Assembly: GCA_002269645.1 (NCBI GenBank)
Contig: NIVC01002860.1
Span: forward strand, 1-64,000
Direction of reading: 5' to 3'
DNA from: Macrostomum lignano
Lineage: Eukaryota
DNA length: 64,000 bases
Under the pieces are notes generated by a model. It ran no database searches. It had not been told where the DNA came from and saw only the letters and a program-made list of their open reading frames with translations. Positions 12,881 through 26,600 of the stretch are shown here, one piece after another. The position numbers were made by a program, and so were the translations under genes. Within the stretch, counting starts at the first letter, position 1. Each line of letters opens with the position of its first letter.

Positions 12881-15800
12881 TAGACAGACAGGCAGGCAGG
12901 TTAGCAGACAGACAGGCAGACAGGTTGGCAGACAGGCAGGTTGACAGACAGGCAGGTTGGAAAGACAGGCAGACAGTTAGGCAGACAGTTAAACAGGCAG
13001 GTTGGCAGACAGGCAGATAGTTAGACAGGCAGGTTGGCAGACAGGCAGACAGTTAGACAGGCAGGTTGGCAGACAGGCAGACAGTTAGACAGGCAGGTTG
13101 GCAGACAGGCAGGCAGACAGTTAAACAGGCAGGTTGGCAGACAGGCAGACAGTTAGACAGGCAGGTTGGCAGACAGGCAGGCAGACAGTTAAACAGGCAG
13201 GTTGGCAGACAGGCAGGCAGACAGTTAGACAGGCAGGTTGGCAGACAGGCAGGTTGGCAGACAGGCAGGTTGGCAGACAGGCAGGTTGGCAGACAGGCAG
13301 GTTGGCAGACAGGCAGGTTGGCAGACAGGCAGGTTGGCAGACAGGCAGGTTGGCAGACAGGCAGACAGTTAAACAGGCAGGTTGGCAGACAGGCAGACAG
13401 TTAAACAGGCAGGCTGGCAGACAGGCAGACAGTTAAACAGGCAGGTTGGCAGACAGGCAGCCAGTTAGACAGGCAGGTTGGCAGACAGGCAGGCGGGCAG
13501 ACAGTTAAACAGGCAGGTTGGCAGACAGGCAGGCACCAAGGCAGGCGCACAGGCGGTGCCTGCAGTGACGGAGAGCAATTAACGATCCCGCATAATCTGG
13601 CTCAGAACAATGCGGCGGCGGCTTATCGGCGGGCTGTCATAAAAATCTCCAGCCGATATATTCGCCGCGGTGTCGCGCGCGTTTGAGCAAGCGGGGCGCT
13701 CAATCTGTTTTATTTCTCCTGTACCCCATCATCATTCCGACAGTCCCCCCCCCCGGCTAGGAGGAGCAGGACGACTCCCCGCTATTCACTGCCTGTGCGC
13801 GTCTCGCATTTATTATTCTCTTTCCTCAGCAGGCCAGCCTCCAGTCTCCCCTACACGACTCGTTCCCCCCGCTCGATATGCTCGTTGACCACCCGTGCTG
13901 CGGCATCTCTGCTTACGCTGACCGGACAGATCGCTTGTATCCGCCCCTCGGGCCGGGGTTGGCGGCCGCGGCCCCGCCCTTTATTCTTGGCCGGCCTGGG
14001 CGCCTTGCTTGATCTGCCTCCACCCCCACCCCCCTAATCCCTGTTTGGCACAGCTGATTGCCAGCATTGCTGAAGCTGGGATAATCCGCTTACTGCTCGA
14101 GGTGACGCGCAGACAGGACAGTAAGATGAAGAACAAACAGATGAAAATGGAAATTAGAACACGGAATTAATTTTTTCATCTGTTTTTTGGGGATGCAAGG
14201 ACCAATCCTTAAGTTTATTTGAAGGCCCGATTTTGCGTCAACGCATTAGTGAGTTGATGGGGATTTTTATGTTTTTTTAGCACTAAACTTGCAAACTCAA
14301 ACTGTCTGTCCTACAATACCTGTATCATCATTTCAAGAATTAGCATCTCAGCAACTCCCCATTGAGCCATGGCATCTCAGCAACTCCCCATTGTCTTGAG
14401 CACTGCCATCAGCAACTCCGCATTGTCTTGAGCACTGGCATCAGCAACTCCCCATTGAGCACTGGCATCAGCAACTCCCCATTGTCTTGAGCACTGGCAT
14501 CAGCAACTCCGCATTGTCTTGAGCACTGGCATCAGCAACTCCCCATTGAACACTGGCATCAGCAACTGCGCATTGTCTTGAGCACTGGCATCAGCAACTC
14601 CCCATTGAACACTGGCATCAGCAACTGCGCATTGTCTTGAGCACTGGCATCAGCAACTCCCCATTGAGCACTGGCATCAGCAACTGCGCATTGTCTTGAG
14701 CACTGGCATCAGCAACTCCCCATTGAGCACTGGCATCAGCAACTCCCCATTGAGCACTGGCATCAGCAACTCCCCATTGAGCACTGGCATCAGCAACTCC
14801 CCATTGTCTTGAGCACTGGCATCAGCAACTCCCCATTGAGCACTGGCATCAGCAACTCCCCATTGTCTTGAGCACTGGCATCAGCAACTCCCCATTGAGC
14901 ACTGCCATCAGCAACTCCGCATTGTCTTGAGCACTGGCATCAGCAACTCCCCATTGAGCATTGGCATCTCAGCAACTCCCTGTTGAGCATTATACTATGG
15001 GAAATATCCTTGACAAGCCACTTGAGATCAAACACATGCTGGCTGCAGGTGATCTTCATAAGCTAATTTTGTACTTTAGTGCAATGCTGAATTTATTGAA
15101 TGCCCTTAGGCGCAATCACTGACTCAATAATAATCCCTCATTACTGGCAAACCCTTCCACTGCACCGTTTCAGTCTCTGGAGTCCACAAGGAGAATGGTC
15201 GCACTGTGCGAAGACGTAAGCTTTGTTATTTATTTGTAAAGTCCCGGTAACTAGGAATATTAATTCTCTGTTTATTATATTCGGGCCTCAAGTGGCCTCC
15301 CTTGCACTGGAGTGGCCATCCTGGCTGAACAGCATCAGGTGGCAGCCTGCGGATTCGAAAACTCTTCAAACCAATTCTCAGCCTCCCACGGCTCTTCATC
15401 TTCATCAGCTACGAGCGTACTACACTTCTGCCAATTTCCAACTTTGGGCCAGCGCTAGATCGGAGATGAAAAAAATTGCAATTTTTTGGGTCCCATAAGT
15501 TTCCAGAATTTTTCTCGCCTCATCTGTTCCATTCAGCTTCTCTCGGCTGTGTTTGAATTGCACTCGAGGCAGCCTCGCCTCATCTGTTCCATTCAGCTTC
15601 TCTCGGCTGTGTTTGAATTGCACTCGAGGCAGCCTCGCCTCATCTGTTCCATTCAGCTTCTCTCGGCTGTGTTTGAATTGCACTCGAGGCAGCCTCGCCT
15701 CATCTGTTCCATTCAGCTTCTCTCGGCTGTGTTTGAATTGCACTCGAGGCAGCCTCGCCTCATCTGTTCCATTCAGCTTCTCTCGGCTGTGTTTGAATTG

Positions 15801-18800
15801 CACTCGAGGCAGCCTCGCCTCATCTGTTCCATTCAGCTTCTCTCGGCTGTGTTTGAATTGTACTCGAGGCAGCCTCGCCTCATCTGTTCCATTCAGCTTC
15901 TCTCGGCTGTGTTTGAATTGCACTCGAGGCAGCCTCGCCTCATCTGTTCCATTCAGCTTCTCTCGGCTGTGTTTGAATTGCACTCGAGGCAGCCCTCTTG
16001 ATCGCTATGGTAAATGCATAAACAACAAAAGTCGATCGGAGTCTGTCTGGCTCAGACATGCCTTACCATTAGTCTCCAAGCCTTCAACGCCCCCAATTTT
16101 GGCCTGTCATCAGCCTGCGGCTGCTCCTTCTTTCCCTCGGGCAAGAAAAGCTTGAATTGACAGACTAAGGGGAGCGCAAGGTAACTGCTGGAGTGCGCAA
16201 AAAGCTGGCAAATTAGTGAGCATCCTAGGAGTTTTGGGCAAGAAATTTAATTAATTTTCTTCTTCTCAGCCTCGGTTTAGTGCTCCGCCAGCCACTGAGT
16301 TCCTTTCAGCAGCAGAGTCCGCTTCATCCTGCTTGGCAGGGAAACCATGCGTGACAACTGCAGACAACTCTGTTCAGGGTGCCCGACCTCTCACTTGAGT
16401 CCATGGACTTTTTGAAGTCCTTGCTAATAGTCGTTTGCTTATAAGTCTACTCTCAGAAATTAGATTTAACTCCCAGACAATTCACTGTCACACCTACCCA
16501 GACACCAAGGTCACTGTCACACCTACCCAGACACAAAGATCACCCCTGTCACACCTACTCAGACACCAAGGTCACTGTCACACCTACCCAGACACCAAGG
16601 TCACTGTCACACCTACCCAGACACCAAGGTCACCCCTGTCACACCTACCCAGACACAAAGATCATCCCTGTCACACCTACCCAGACACTAAGGTCACCCC
16701 TGTCACACCTACCCAGACACTAAGGTCACCCCTTTCACACCTACCCAGACACCAAGGTCACCCCTGTCACACCTACCCAGACACCAAGGTCACCCCTGTC
16801 ACACCTACCCAGACACCAAGGTCACCCCTGTCACACCTACCCAGACACCAAGGTCACCCCTGTCACACCTACCCAGACACCAAGGTCACCCCTGTCACAC
16901 CTACCCAGACACCAAGGTCACCCCTGTCACACCTACCCAGACACTAAGGTCACCCCTGTCACACCTACCCAGGCACAAAGATCACCCCTGTCACACCTAC
17001 CCAGACACCAAGGTCACTGTCACACCTACCCAGACACTAAGGTCACTGTCACACCTACCCAGACACAAAGATCATCCCTGTCACACCTACCCAGACACAA
17101 AGATCACCCCTGTCACACCTACCCAGACACCAAGGTCACTGTCACACCTACCCAGACACCAAGGTCACCCCTGTCACACCTACTCAGACACCAAGGTCAC
17201 CCCTGTCACACCTACCCAGACACAAAGATCATCCCTGTCACACCTACCCAGACACAAAGATCATCCCTGTCAAACCTACCCAGACACTACCCAGAATTCA
17301 CTGCATCGTTCTCAATCGCACCCAATGACCAAACTGTGCAGGCAAAGGAGGCCGGCATTTCAACCCTCGTCATGTTAGACGATCAGGGCGGTAAGAATTG
17401 CAATCATCCTTTATACACGAAATTCGTTGTTTTGGCTTTGCTATGCAAGCGCTTGTTGATGTCGTAATCGGTCTTAATATATACTAATTTTGCTCACTAA
17501 TAACTACGTTTGGTCTCTTTACCAACTGACCTTTAGTGTTTTGAGTTAACAAATTTAATTTATATATAAATTTATTTTAGTGTAGTCTCACGTCATTTTT
17601 TACAGCACATGCCCTTCTGACTCCTCTTAGACCTGAACCATTGTAAATTTATTTAAGGAAATCAATATTCTTAGGCGGCATGTCCCACAGCCATGTCTCA
17701 CAGCCATGTCTCACAGACATGTCTCACATCCATGTCTCACAGACATGTCTCACAGCCATGTCTTACAGACATGTCTCACAGCCATGTCTCACGGCCATGT
17801 CTCACAGCCATGTCCCACAGCCATGTCTCACAGCCATGACTCACAGCCATGACTCACAGCCATGTCTCACAGCCATGTCTCACAGACATGTCTCACAGCC
17901 ATGTCTCACAGCCATGTCTCACAGCCATGTCTCACAGCCATGTCTCACGGCCATGTCTCACAGCCATGTCCCACAGCCATGTCTCACAGCCATGACTCAC
18001 AGCCATGACTCACAGCCATGTCTCACAGCCATGTCTCACAGACATGTCTCACAGCCATGTCTTACAGCCATGTCTCACGGCCATGTCTCACAGCCATGTC
18101 CCACAGCCATGTCTCACAGCCATGACTCACAGCCATGTCTCACAGCCATGTCTCACAGACATGTCTCACAGCCATGTCTTACAGCCATGTCTCACAGCCA
18201 TGTCTCACAGCCATGACTCACAGCCATGTCTCACAGCCATGTCTCATAGTCATGTCTCACAGCCATGACTCACAGCCATGTCTCACAGCCATGTCAATAA
18301 TTCAAGTGCATGAGTCTTATTTATAACTGAATACTAAATACCCCCAATCGCTGTGTTATGAAGCTTTTATAAAAGTTAACTAATTTTCATTGATTGATTC
18401 AACTCCAGAGCAACTGGACCGCGTTGAGGAGGGCATGGACCACATCAACCAGGACATGAAAGATGCCGAGAAGAATCTGGACGATCTTAACAAATGCTGC
18501 GGCCTCTGCATCTTGCCCTGGAATAAGTAAGCGGCTTTTATTGTGCCTTGATATTAATAATTAGTGCTCACTTGCATATTTTGCCACGTGTAGAATGTGC
18601 CACTCCCTGACACTAATAGATTGGCGCCTCCTGACACTGATAGATTGGCGCCTCCTTACACTGATAGATTGGCGCCTCCTGACACTGATAGATTAGCACC
18701 TCCTGACACTGTTAGATTAGCGCCTCCTGACACTGTTAGATTGGCGCCTCCTGACATTGATAGATTGGCGCTAGATTGGCGCCTCCTGACACTGATAGAT

Positions 18801-21529
18801 TGGCGCCTCCTGACACTGATAGATTAGCACCTCCTGACACTGTTAGATTAGCGCCTCCTGACTGTTAAATTGGCGCCTCCTGACACTGTTAGCTTGGTTC
18901 CTCCTGACACTGATAGATTGGCGCCTCCTTACACTGATAGATTGGCGCCTCCTTACACTGATAGATTGGCGCCTCCTGACACTGATAGATTGGCGCCTCC
19001 TGACATTGATAGATTGGCGCCTCCTGACATTGATAGATTGGCGCCTCCTTACACTGATAGATTGGCGCCTCCTGACACTGATAGATTGGCACCTCCTGAC
19101 ACTGATAGATTGGCGCCTCCTGACATTGATAGATTGGCGCCTCCTGACATTGATAGATTGGCGCTAGATTGGCACCTCCTGACACTGATAGATTGGCACC
19201 TCCTGACACTGATAGATTGGCACCTCCTGACACTGATAGATTGGCGCCTCCTGACATTGATAGATTGGCGCTAGATTTTGGCACCTCCTGACACTGATAG
19301 ATTGGCGTCTCCTGACACTGATAGATTGGCGTCTCCTGACACTGATAGATTGGCGCCTCCTGAGGCTGATAGATTGACGCTAGATTGGCACCTCCTGACA
19401 CTGATAGATTGGCGCCTCCTGACATTGATAGATTGGCGCTAGATTTTGGCACCTCCTGACACTGATAGATTGGCACCTCCTGACACTGATAGATTGGCGC
19501 CTCCTGACATTGATAGATTGGCGCTAGATTTTGGCACCTCCTGACACTGATAGATTGGCGTCTCCTGACACTGATAGATTGGCGCCTCCTGAGGCTGATA
19601 GATTGACGCTAGATTGGCGCCTCCTGTTGGCTGATACATTGGCGCTAGATTGGCGCCTCCTGACACTGATAGATTGGCGCCTCATTCAGTAGGCTTCTGA
19701 CGCTGATACATTAACGCCCCTAAATCTCAGACTGAAAAATCACACTCAGTCAAAGTCAGTGCATGCTTTACCCTTATTAATGAATGGCTTGCTCAGAGTG
19801 CAGCTGCCTGTCCAATATTGCTAATTTATTTGTGCAACTGGCGCGTGTTAAAAGTGCAAGACCAACTAAACTAGCAGGAGGTTCTCGAATTGATGAGTCA
19901 GCTAGCTGTTGCAGCCCCCTTTTTTTAGCCCCACTGAGAGGTGGCTCACTTCCCTTGATTGCTTCCTGTCTCTCTTTGCCCAGTTCGAATTCGTCTCCGG
20001 CTCTTCTCGAAATTGCTTCTCGCAAGATTTATCACGCGACTCCTGTTTGGCCTGCTAATGATTTAAGAAAGACGGGGGATCGAACCCGGTAGGGGGCATT
20101 TGTCATGCGATTAGCTGAAATGCCCGGCGCTGGTGCAACAGCAGAGGGCTTCGGATGGGATTGGGATGGGATTGGAATTAGGATGGGATTGGGATTGGGA
20201 TGGGATTGGGATAGGAATTAGGATGGGATTGGGATGGGATTGGAATTAGGATGGGATTGGGATTGGGATGGGATTGGGATAGGAATTAGGATGGGATTGG
20301 GATTAGAATTAGGATGGGATTGGGATTGGAATTAGGATGGGATTGGGATTGGGATGGGATTGGGATTGGAATTAGGATGGGATTGGGATTGGGATGGGAT
20401 TGGGATTGGGATTGGAATTAGGATGGGATTGGGATTAGGATGGGATTGGGATTGGGATGGGATTGGGATTGGGATGGGATTGGAATTAGGATGGGATTGG
20501 AATTAGGATGGGATTGGAATTAGGATGGGATTGGAATTAGGATGGGATTGGGATGGGATTGGGATTGGGATTGGAATTAAGATGGGATTGGGATTAGGAT
20601 GGGATTGGGATGGGATTGGGATTGGAATTAGGATGGGATTGGGATTGGAATTAGGATGGGATTGGGATTGGAATTAGGATGGGATTGGGATTGGAATTAG
20701 GATGGGATTGGGATTGGGATTAGGATGGGATTGGAATTAGGATGGGATTGGAATTAGGATGGGATTGGGATTGGAATTAGGATGGGATTGGGATGGGATT
20801 GGGATTGGAATTAGGATGGGATTGGGATTAGGATGAGATGAGATTCGGATGGGATTCGGATTCGGATGGGACTCGGATTCGGATGGGATTCGGATTCGGA
20901 TGGGATTGGGATAGGATCGGGATGGGGATTCGGATGGTAATAGGGATGGGGATTCGGATGGTAATAGGGATGGGGATTCGGATGGTAATAGGGATGGGGA
21001 TTGGTTTGCCCAGAGAAGCTGAGGATGCGGTTGGGAGCCGTGAAACTGGCTAAAATTCTTACGCTGGCTGTAACTTTCCGGCCTCGGAGCCAGCCAGCAG
21101 TCGCTAAGCCGATGCGCCGCGAAATCGAGTCGTCTGCCTGCTTTTGTAACAATTTAAGAGAGAGAGAGACGCTTAGCAGATTGGCTGATTAATGGATGAT
21201 AAAAATAAGCTAAAAGCAGACTGTGCTGCAGACTTCTGACTCCGTTGCTTCCTATTCCGACCTCTCTTGTCGCTCTTCCCCCAGGCTGTAACTGGTTAAT
21301 GCGGATTGCGGAAAGTAGATTCAGGCATCTGCGCAATAAGAGGTCTGCTTGGTGTATGGGGGATATTGCGACTTAATTGCCCATCTATTTCGGGAGCTGG
21401 CAATTCGTTTTCAGCTAATCTGCTATCTCTAATGCATTTCAGACATTATACAGTATGTGGGTGAGCTGCCGAAGGGGCGAGTTACTAGATTTAGAGGCTA
21501 GACAGAGACAGACGGGCAGACAGACGGGC

Positions 21530-21565
<36 letters not shown>

Positions 21566-21569
21566 GGGC

Positions 21570-21641
<72 letters not shown>

Positions 21642-21729
21642 GGGCAGACAGACAGACAGACAGACGGGCAGACAGACAGACAGGCAGACAGACGGGCAGA
21701 CAGACAGACGGGCAGACAGACAGACAGGC

Positions 21730-21762
<33 letters not shown>

Positions 21763-21801
21763 GGCGGGCAGACAGACAGACAGACAGACGAGCAGACAGG
21801 C

Positions 21802-21846
<45 letters not shown>

Positions 21847-22760
21847 GGCGGGCAGACAGACAGACAGACGGGCAGACAGACGGACAGACAGACAGACGGA
21901 CAGACAGACAGACAGACAGGGAGGGAGGGAGGGAGGGAGGGAGGGAGGGAGAACAGACAGACAGACAGTTCTTCGACGAATTAATTTTGTTTTGCTCAAG
22001 AAGATAAAAGTACAAAGAGCAAACAGTCAGCAGAGCTGCGACGTCAGCTAGCGTGGGCACTATTAGCTCAGTGGAGTGGATTGCAATCATCCACTCTCGC
22101 ATCGCCATGGCTGTCAGTTGAGCAGGGATAAGAGAAATGAGAAATCGGATGCCATTAGTAATTAGCCCGCAGTTTTCATTACCGAATACTTTTAGCTGTT
22201 AACACATTCTAGTGCCGGGGAGACAAAAATTACCCGGGAAAAGAGACTGACGCGCCCAGCGACTCGCCTTTCCTTCAGTTCCCCCTGGCCTGCGCCTCAG
22301 TTTTAGCGCCCCCCGGCGGCCAGCCAGCTTCCAAACAGGCGCGCTGAATTATTCAACCGCTGCCGCCGCCTATCCTTCACTGCAGGCGGCTCCATTTTCC
22401 CTCACATCCGCTACTGGTGCACTCATTCTGCCTTCAGCCACTCCAGTTCCGCATCCACCGGCGGGTCCTTCGCTGCTCTCTCTTCCTTCTTCCCCGCCTC
22501 GGTAGAATTACCTGCCTCTCTGTTCTGATGCTATTGTTGCAAATTCTTACTGCACCCCGACACCGGAGCTGTACTATTATTTACCGCCTGAGTGTGGCTC
22601 CCGCACCTACTTACCTGTTCTCTGTTTCTCTACTAAGCAGTTGTACTCTTGCTTATGGGAATCTGCATTGGCGTCTACCTCTCTGTATCTGCGTGTGTCT
22701 GTGTGCCTGACATCTGATTTCTGATTAATTTTCATTTATTTTTCAATAAGCTTATGAGGC

Positions 22761-22831
<71 letters not shown>

Positions 22832-22852
22832 ATGCCTGTCTGTCTGTATGCC

Positions 22853-22885
<33 letters not shown>

Positions 22886-23300
22886 GCCTGCCTGTCTGTC
22901 TGTCTGTCTGTCTGTCTGTATGCCTGTCTGTCTGTCTGTCTGTCTGTCTGCCTGCCTGCCTGCCTGTCTGTCTGTATGCCTGTCTTTATGTCTGTATGCC
23001 TGTCTGTATGCCTGTCTGTCTGTATGCCTGTCTGTCTGTCTGTCTGTATGCCTGTCTGTCTGTCTGTATGCCTGTCTGTCTGTCTGTATGCCTGTCTGTC
23101 TGTCTGTCTGTATGCCTGTCTGTCTGTCTGTATGCCTGTCTGTCTGTCTGTCTGTATGCCTGTCTGTCTGTCTGTCTGTATGCCTGTCTGTCTGTCTGTC
23201 TGTCTGTCTGTCTGCCTGTCTGTCTGTCTGTCTGTATGCCTGTCTGTCTGTCTGCCTGTCTGTCTGTCTGTCTGTATGCCTGTCTGTCTGTCTGTATGCC

Positions 23301-23367
<67 letters not shown>

Positions 23368-23590
23368 GTCTGTATGCCTGTCTGTCTGTCTCTGTCTGTC
23401 TGTCTGTGTGCCCGTCCCAATCAGTGTCTGCCTGTCCCATTCTCACCCTTACCTTACCAGTTTCCGCTGATTTCCTGTAGAGTGTCTCACTAAGCTCCTT
23501 TCCGTTCCTTGGCAGCCCTTTGTCGCTGGTGACTCAAAGGCTTTGGACTTTCTTTTCTCATTTTGGCTCTCCGCTTTCTCCGCCTCTCAT

Positions 23591-23633
<43 letters not shown>

Positions 23634-26600
23634 TCTCTCGGTCAAAGGCGGTTCTCCGCTGGACATCGGATAGCTGAAGCCTCTTATCCAGCCGAGAATT
23701 ACATTTCAGCCTTGAATGCGTCGGGTGGGCAGTCCGATGCCCCCCCTCTCTGTTTGCTCCGGTTCGCGAAGGCCCCAGAGAGTTGGAGCTCAGAGCCGGC
23801 ATAGAGAAGTATCCCAACTTCCAGGCCGGAAAATTGCAAGTCTGGACTCGCAAGAACTCACTGAATCCCGGGGGAGAACACGAGTGGGATAGAGATGGCG
23901 CTGGGGATTTTGTTGGTTGAAAAAATCCCACCGAAATACTGGAACTGAAATATGAAAATCTCAGCTGCCTCTGCTTCCGCTGCTGCTTCTAGGGGAAGCG
24001 ATCTCATTTTCTGTGGCATTAATTATCTTCCCTGCTCAAAGATTAGGGCGCCACTGCCTGACTGAGTTGCTGTGGCTCCGTTCCCGGCACAGTAAGTAAT
24101 CGCTCCCAGCATCCCAATATTTATTCCCTCTTCCCTAAGCCGGCCGCCGCCGCCCCTCATTCCCGTTTCCCATTTTCCTATCGATCTGCGCTTAAGCTGC
24201 TTGCTTTTGGGAGTGGCAATTTCAGAGATGACTTACTAACTGCGTATTTCATTACTGCTTTATCTGTTCAGCCTGATGTATCTCCTGCTACTCAGCCGCG
24301 CACAGGACTGTCAGGCCTGCACTTTCCTCCACTTCGCAGAGCCGGCAAGGGCGACTTTGACAAAAAATTCAAAAAGGACGACGACGGAGCCGTCAACACC
24401 AACGGGCCGCGGGTGGTGGTGGACCAGAATGGCATGGCTATACAAGGCGGATATGTCACTCGGTGAGAGCGGCTGCGCACTTTGCTAGGGCTATTGCTTC
24501 ACTCTTGTGTCACTCTGGCTGTAGCTTCACTCTTGTGTCACTCCGGCTGTAGCTTTACTCTTGTGTCACTCTGGCTGTAGCTTCACTCTTGTGTCACTCT
24601 GGCTGTAGCTTTACTCTTGTGTCACTCTGGCTATATAGTTTCACTCTTGTGTCACTCTGGCTGTAGCTTCACTCTTGTGTCACTCTGGCTGTAGCTTCAC
24701 TCTTGTGTCACTCTGGCTATATAGTTTCACTCTTGTGTCACTCTGGCTGTAGCTTCACTCTTGTGTCACTCTGGCTGTAGCTTCATTCTTGTGTCACTCT
24801 GACTGTAGCTTCACTCTTGTGTCACTCTGACTGTAGCTTCACTCTTGTGTCACTCTGGCTGTAGCTTCACTCTTGTGTCACTCTGGCTATATAGTTTCAC
24901 TCTTGTGTCACTCTGGCTGTAGCTTCACTCTTGTGTCACTCTGGCTGTAGCTTCATTCTTGTGTCACTCTGACTGTAGCTTCATTCTTGTGTCACTCTGG
25001 CTGTAGCTTCACTCTTGTGTCACTCTGACTGTAGCTTCACTCTTGTGTCACTCTGGCTGTAGCTTCACTCTTGTGTCACTCTGGCTATATAGTTTCACTC
25101 TTGTGTCACTCTGGCTGTAGCTTCACTCTTGTGTCACTCTGGCTGTAGCTTCATTCTTGTGTCACTCTGACTGTAGCTTCATTCTTGTGTCACTCTGGCT
25201 GTAGCTTCACTCTTGTGTCACTCTGACTGTAGCTTCACTCTTGTGTCACTCTGGCTGTAGCTTCACTCTTGTGTCACTCTGGCTATATAGTTTCACTCTT
25301 GTGTCACTCTGGCTGTAGCTTCACTCTTGTGTCACTCTGGCTGTAGCTTCATTCTTGTGTCGCTCTGGCTGTATAGTTTCACTCTTGTGTCACTCTGGCT
25401 GTATAGTTTCACTCTTGTGTCACTCTGGCTGTATAGTTTCACTCTTGTGTCACTCTAGCTGTAGCTTCACTCTTGTGTCACTCTGGCTGTAGCTTCACTC
25501 TTGTGTCACTCTGGCTGTATAGTTTCACTCTTGTGTCACTCTGGCTGTAGCTTCACTCTTGTGTCACTCTGGCTGTATAGTTTCACTCTTGTGTCACTCT
25601 GGCTGTAGCTTCACTCTTGTGTCACTCTGACCTGACTGTAGCTTCACTCTTGTGTCACTGGCTGTTGCTTCACTCTTGTGTCACTCTGGCTGTAGCTTCA
25701 CTCTTGTGTCACTCTGGCTATATAGTTTCACTCTTGTGTCACTCTGGCTGTTGCTTCACTCTTGTGTCACTCTGGCTGTAGCTTCACTCTTGTGTCACTC
25801 TGACCTGACTGTAGCTTCACTCTTGTGTCACTCTAGCTGTAGCTTCACTCTTGTGTCACTCTGGCTGTAGCTTCACTCTTGTGTCACTCTGGCTGTAGCT
25901 TCACTCTTGTGTCACTCTGGCTGTAGCTTTACTCTTGTGTCACTCTGGCTATATAGTTTCACTCTTGTGTCACTCTGGCTGTAGCTTCACTCTTGTGTCA
26001 CTCTGGCTGTAGCTTCACTCTTGTGTCACTCTGACTGTAGCTTCACTCTTGTGTCACTCTGGCTGTAGCTTCACTCTTGTGTCACTCTGGCTATATAGTT
26101 TCACTCTTGTGTCACTCTGGCTGTAGCTTCACTCTTGTGTCACTCTGGCTGTAGCTTCACTCTTGTGTCACTCTGGCTGTAGCTTCACTCTTGTGTCACT
26201 CTGGCTGTAGCTTCACTCTTGTGTCACTCTGGCTGTAGCTTCACTCTTGTGTCACTCTGGCTGTAGCTTCACTCTTGTGTCACTCTGGCTGTAGCTTTAC
26301 TCTTGTGTCACTCTGGCTGTAGCTTCACTCTTGTGTCACTCTGGCTGTAGCTTCACTCTTGTGTCACTCTGGCTGTATAGTTTCACTCTTGTGTCACTCT
26401 GGCTGTATAGTTTCACTCTTGTGTCACTCTGGCTGTAGCTTCACTCTTGTGTCACTCTGACCTGACTGTAGCTTCACTCTTGTGTCACTGGCTGTTGCTT
26501 CACTCTTGTGTCACTCTGGCTGTAGCTTCACTCTTGTGTCACTCTGGCTATATAGTTTCACTCTTGTGTCACTCTGGCTGTTGCTTCACTCTTGTGTCAC

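Noticed and set aside
20153-21003. Interstitial telomere
   Set aside because: The motif is GGGATT/GGGAT mixtures, not TTAGGG or TTAGG arrays.
12800-23493. Long ORFs such as [22 protein letters not shown] and DRQT repeats
   Set aside because: All are translations of micro/minisatellites in SNAP-25 introns, with no coding-type splice context.
23648-23725. Possible extra linker exon after the (CT)n tract ([10 protein letters not shown]...)
   Set aside because: An in-phase end needs a very weak donor (GC|GTCGGG) and the peptide has no SNAP-25 similarity.
18527-24339. A duplicated Cys-cluster exon like vertebrate SNAP-25 5a/5b
   Set aside because: No second KCCGL-type exon was seen in the unique segments of this or the preceding intron.
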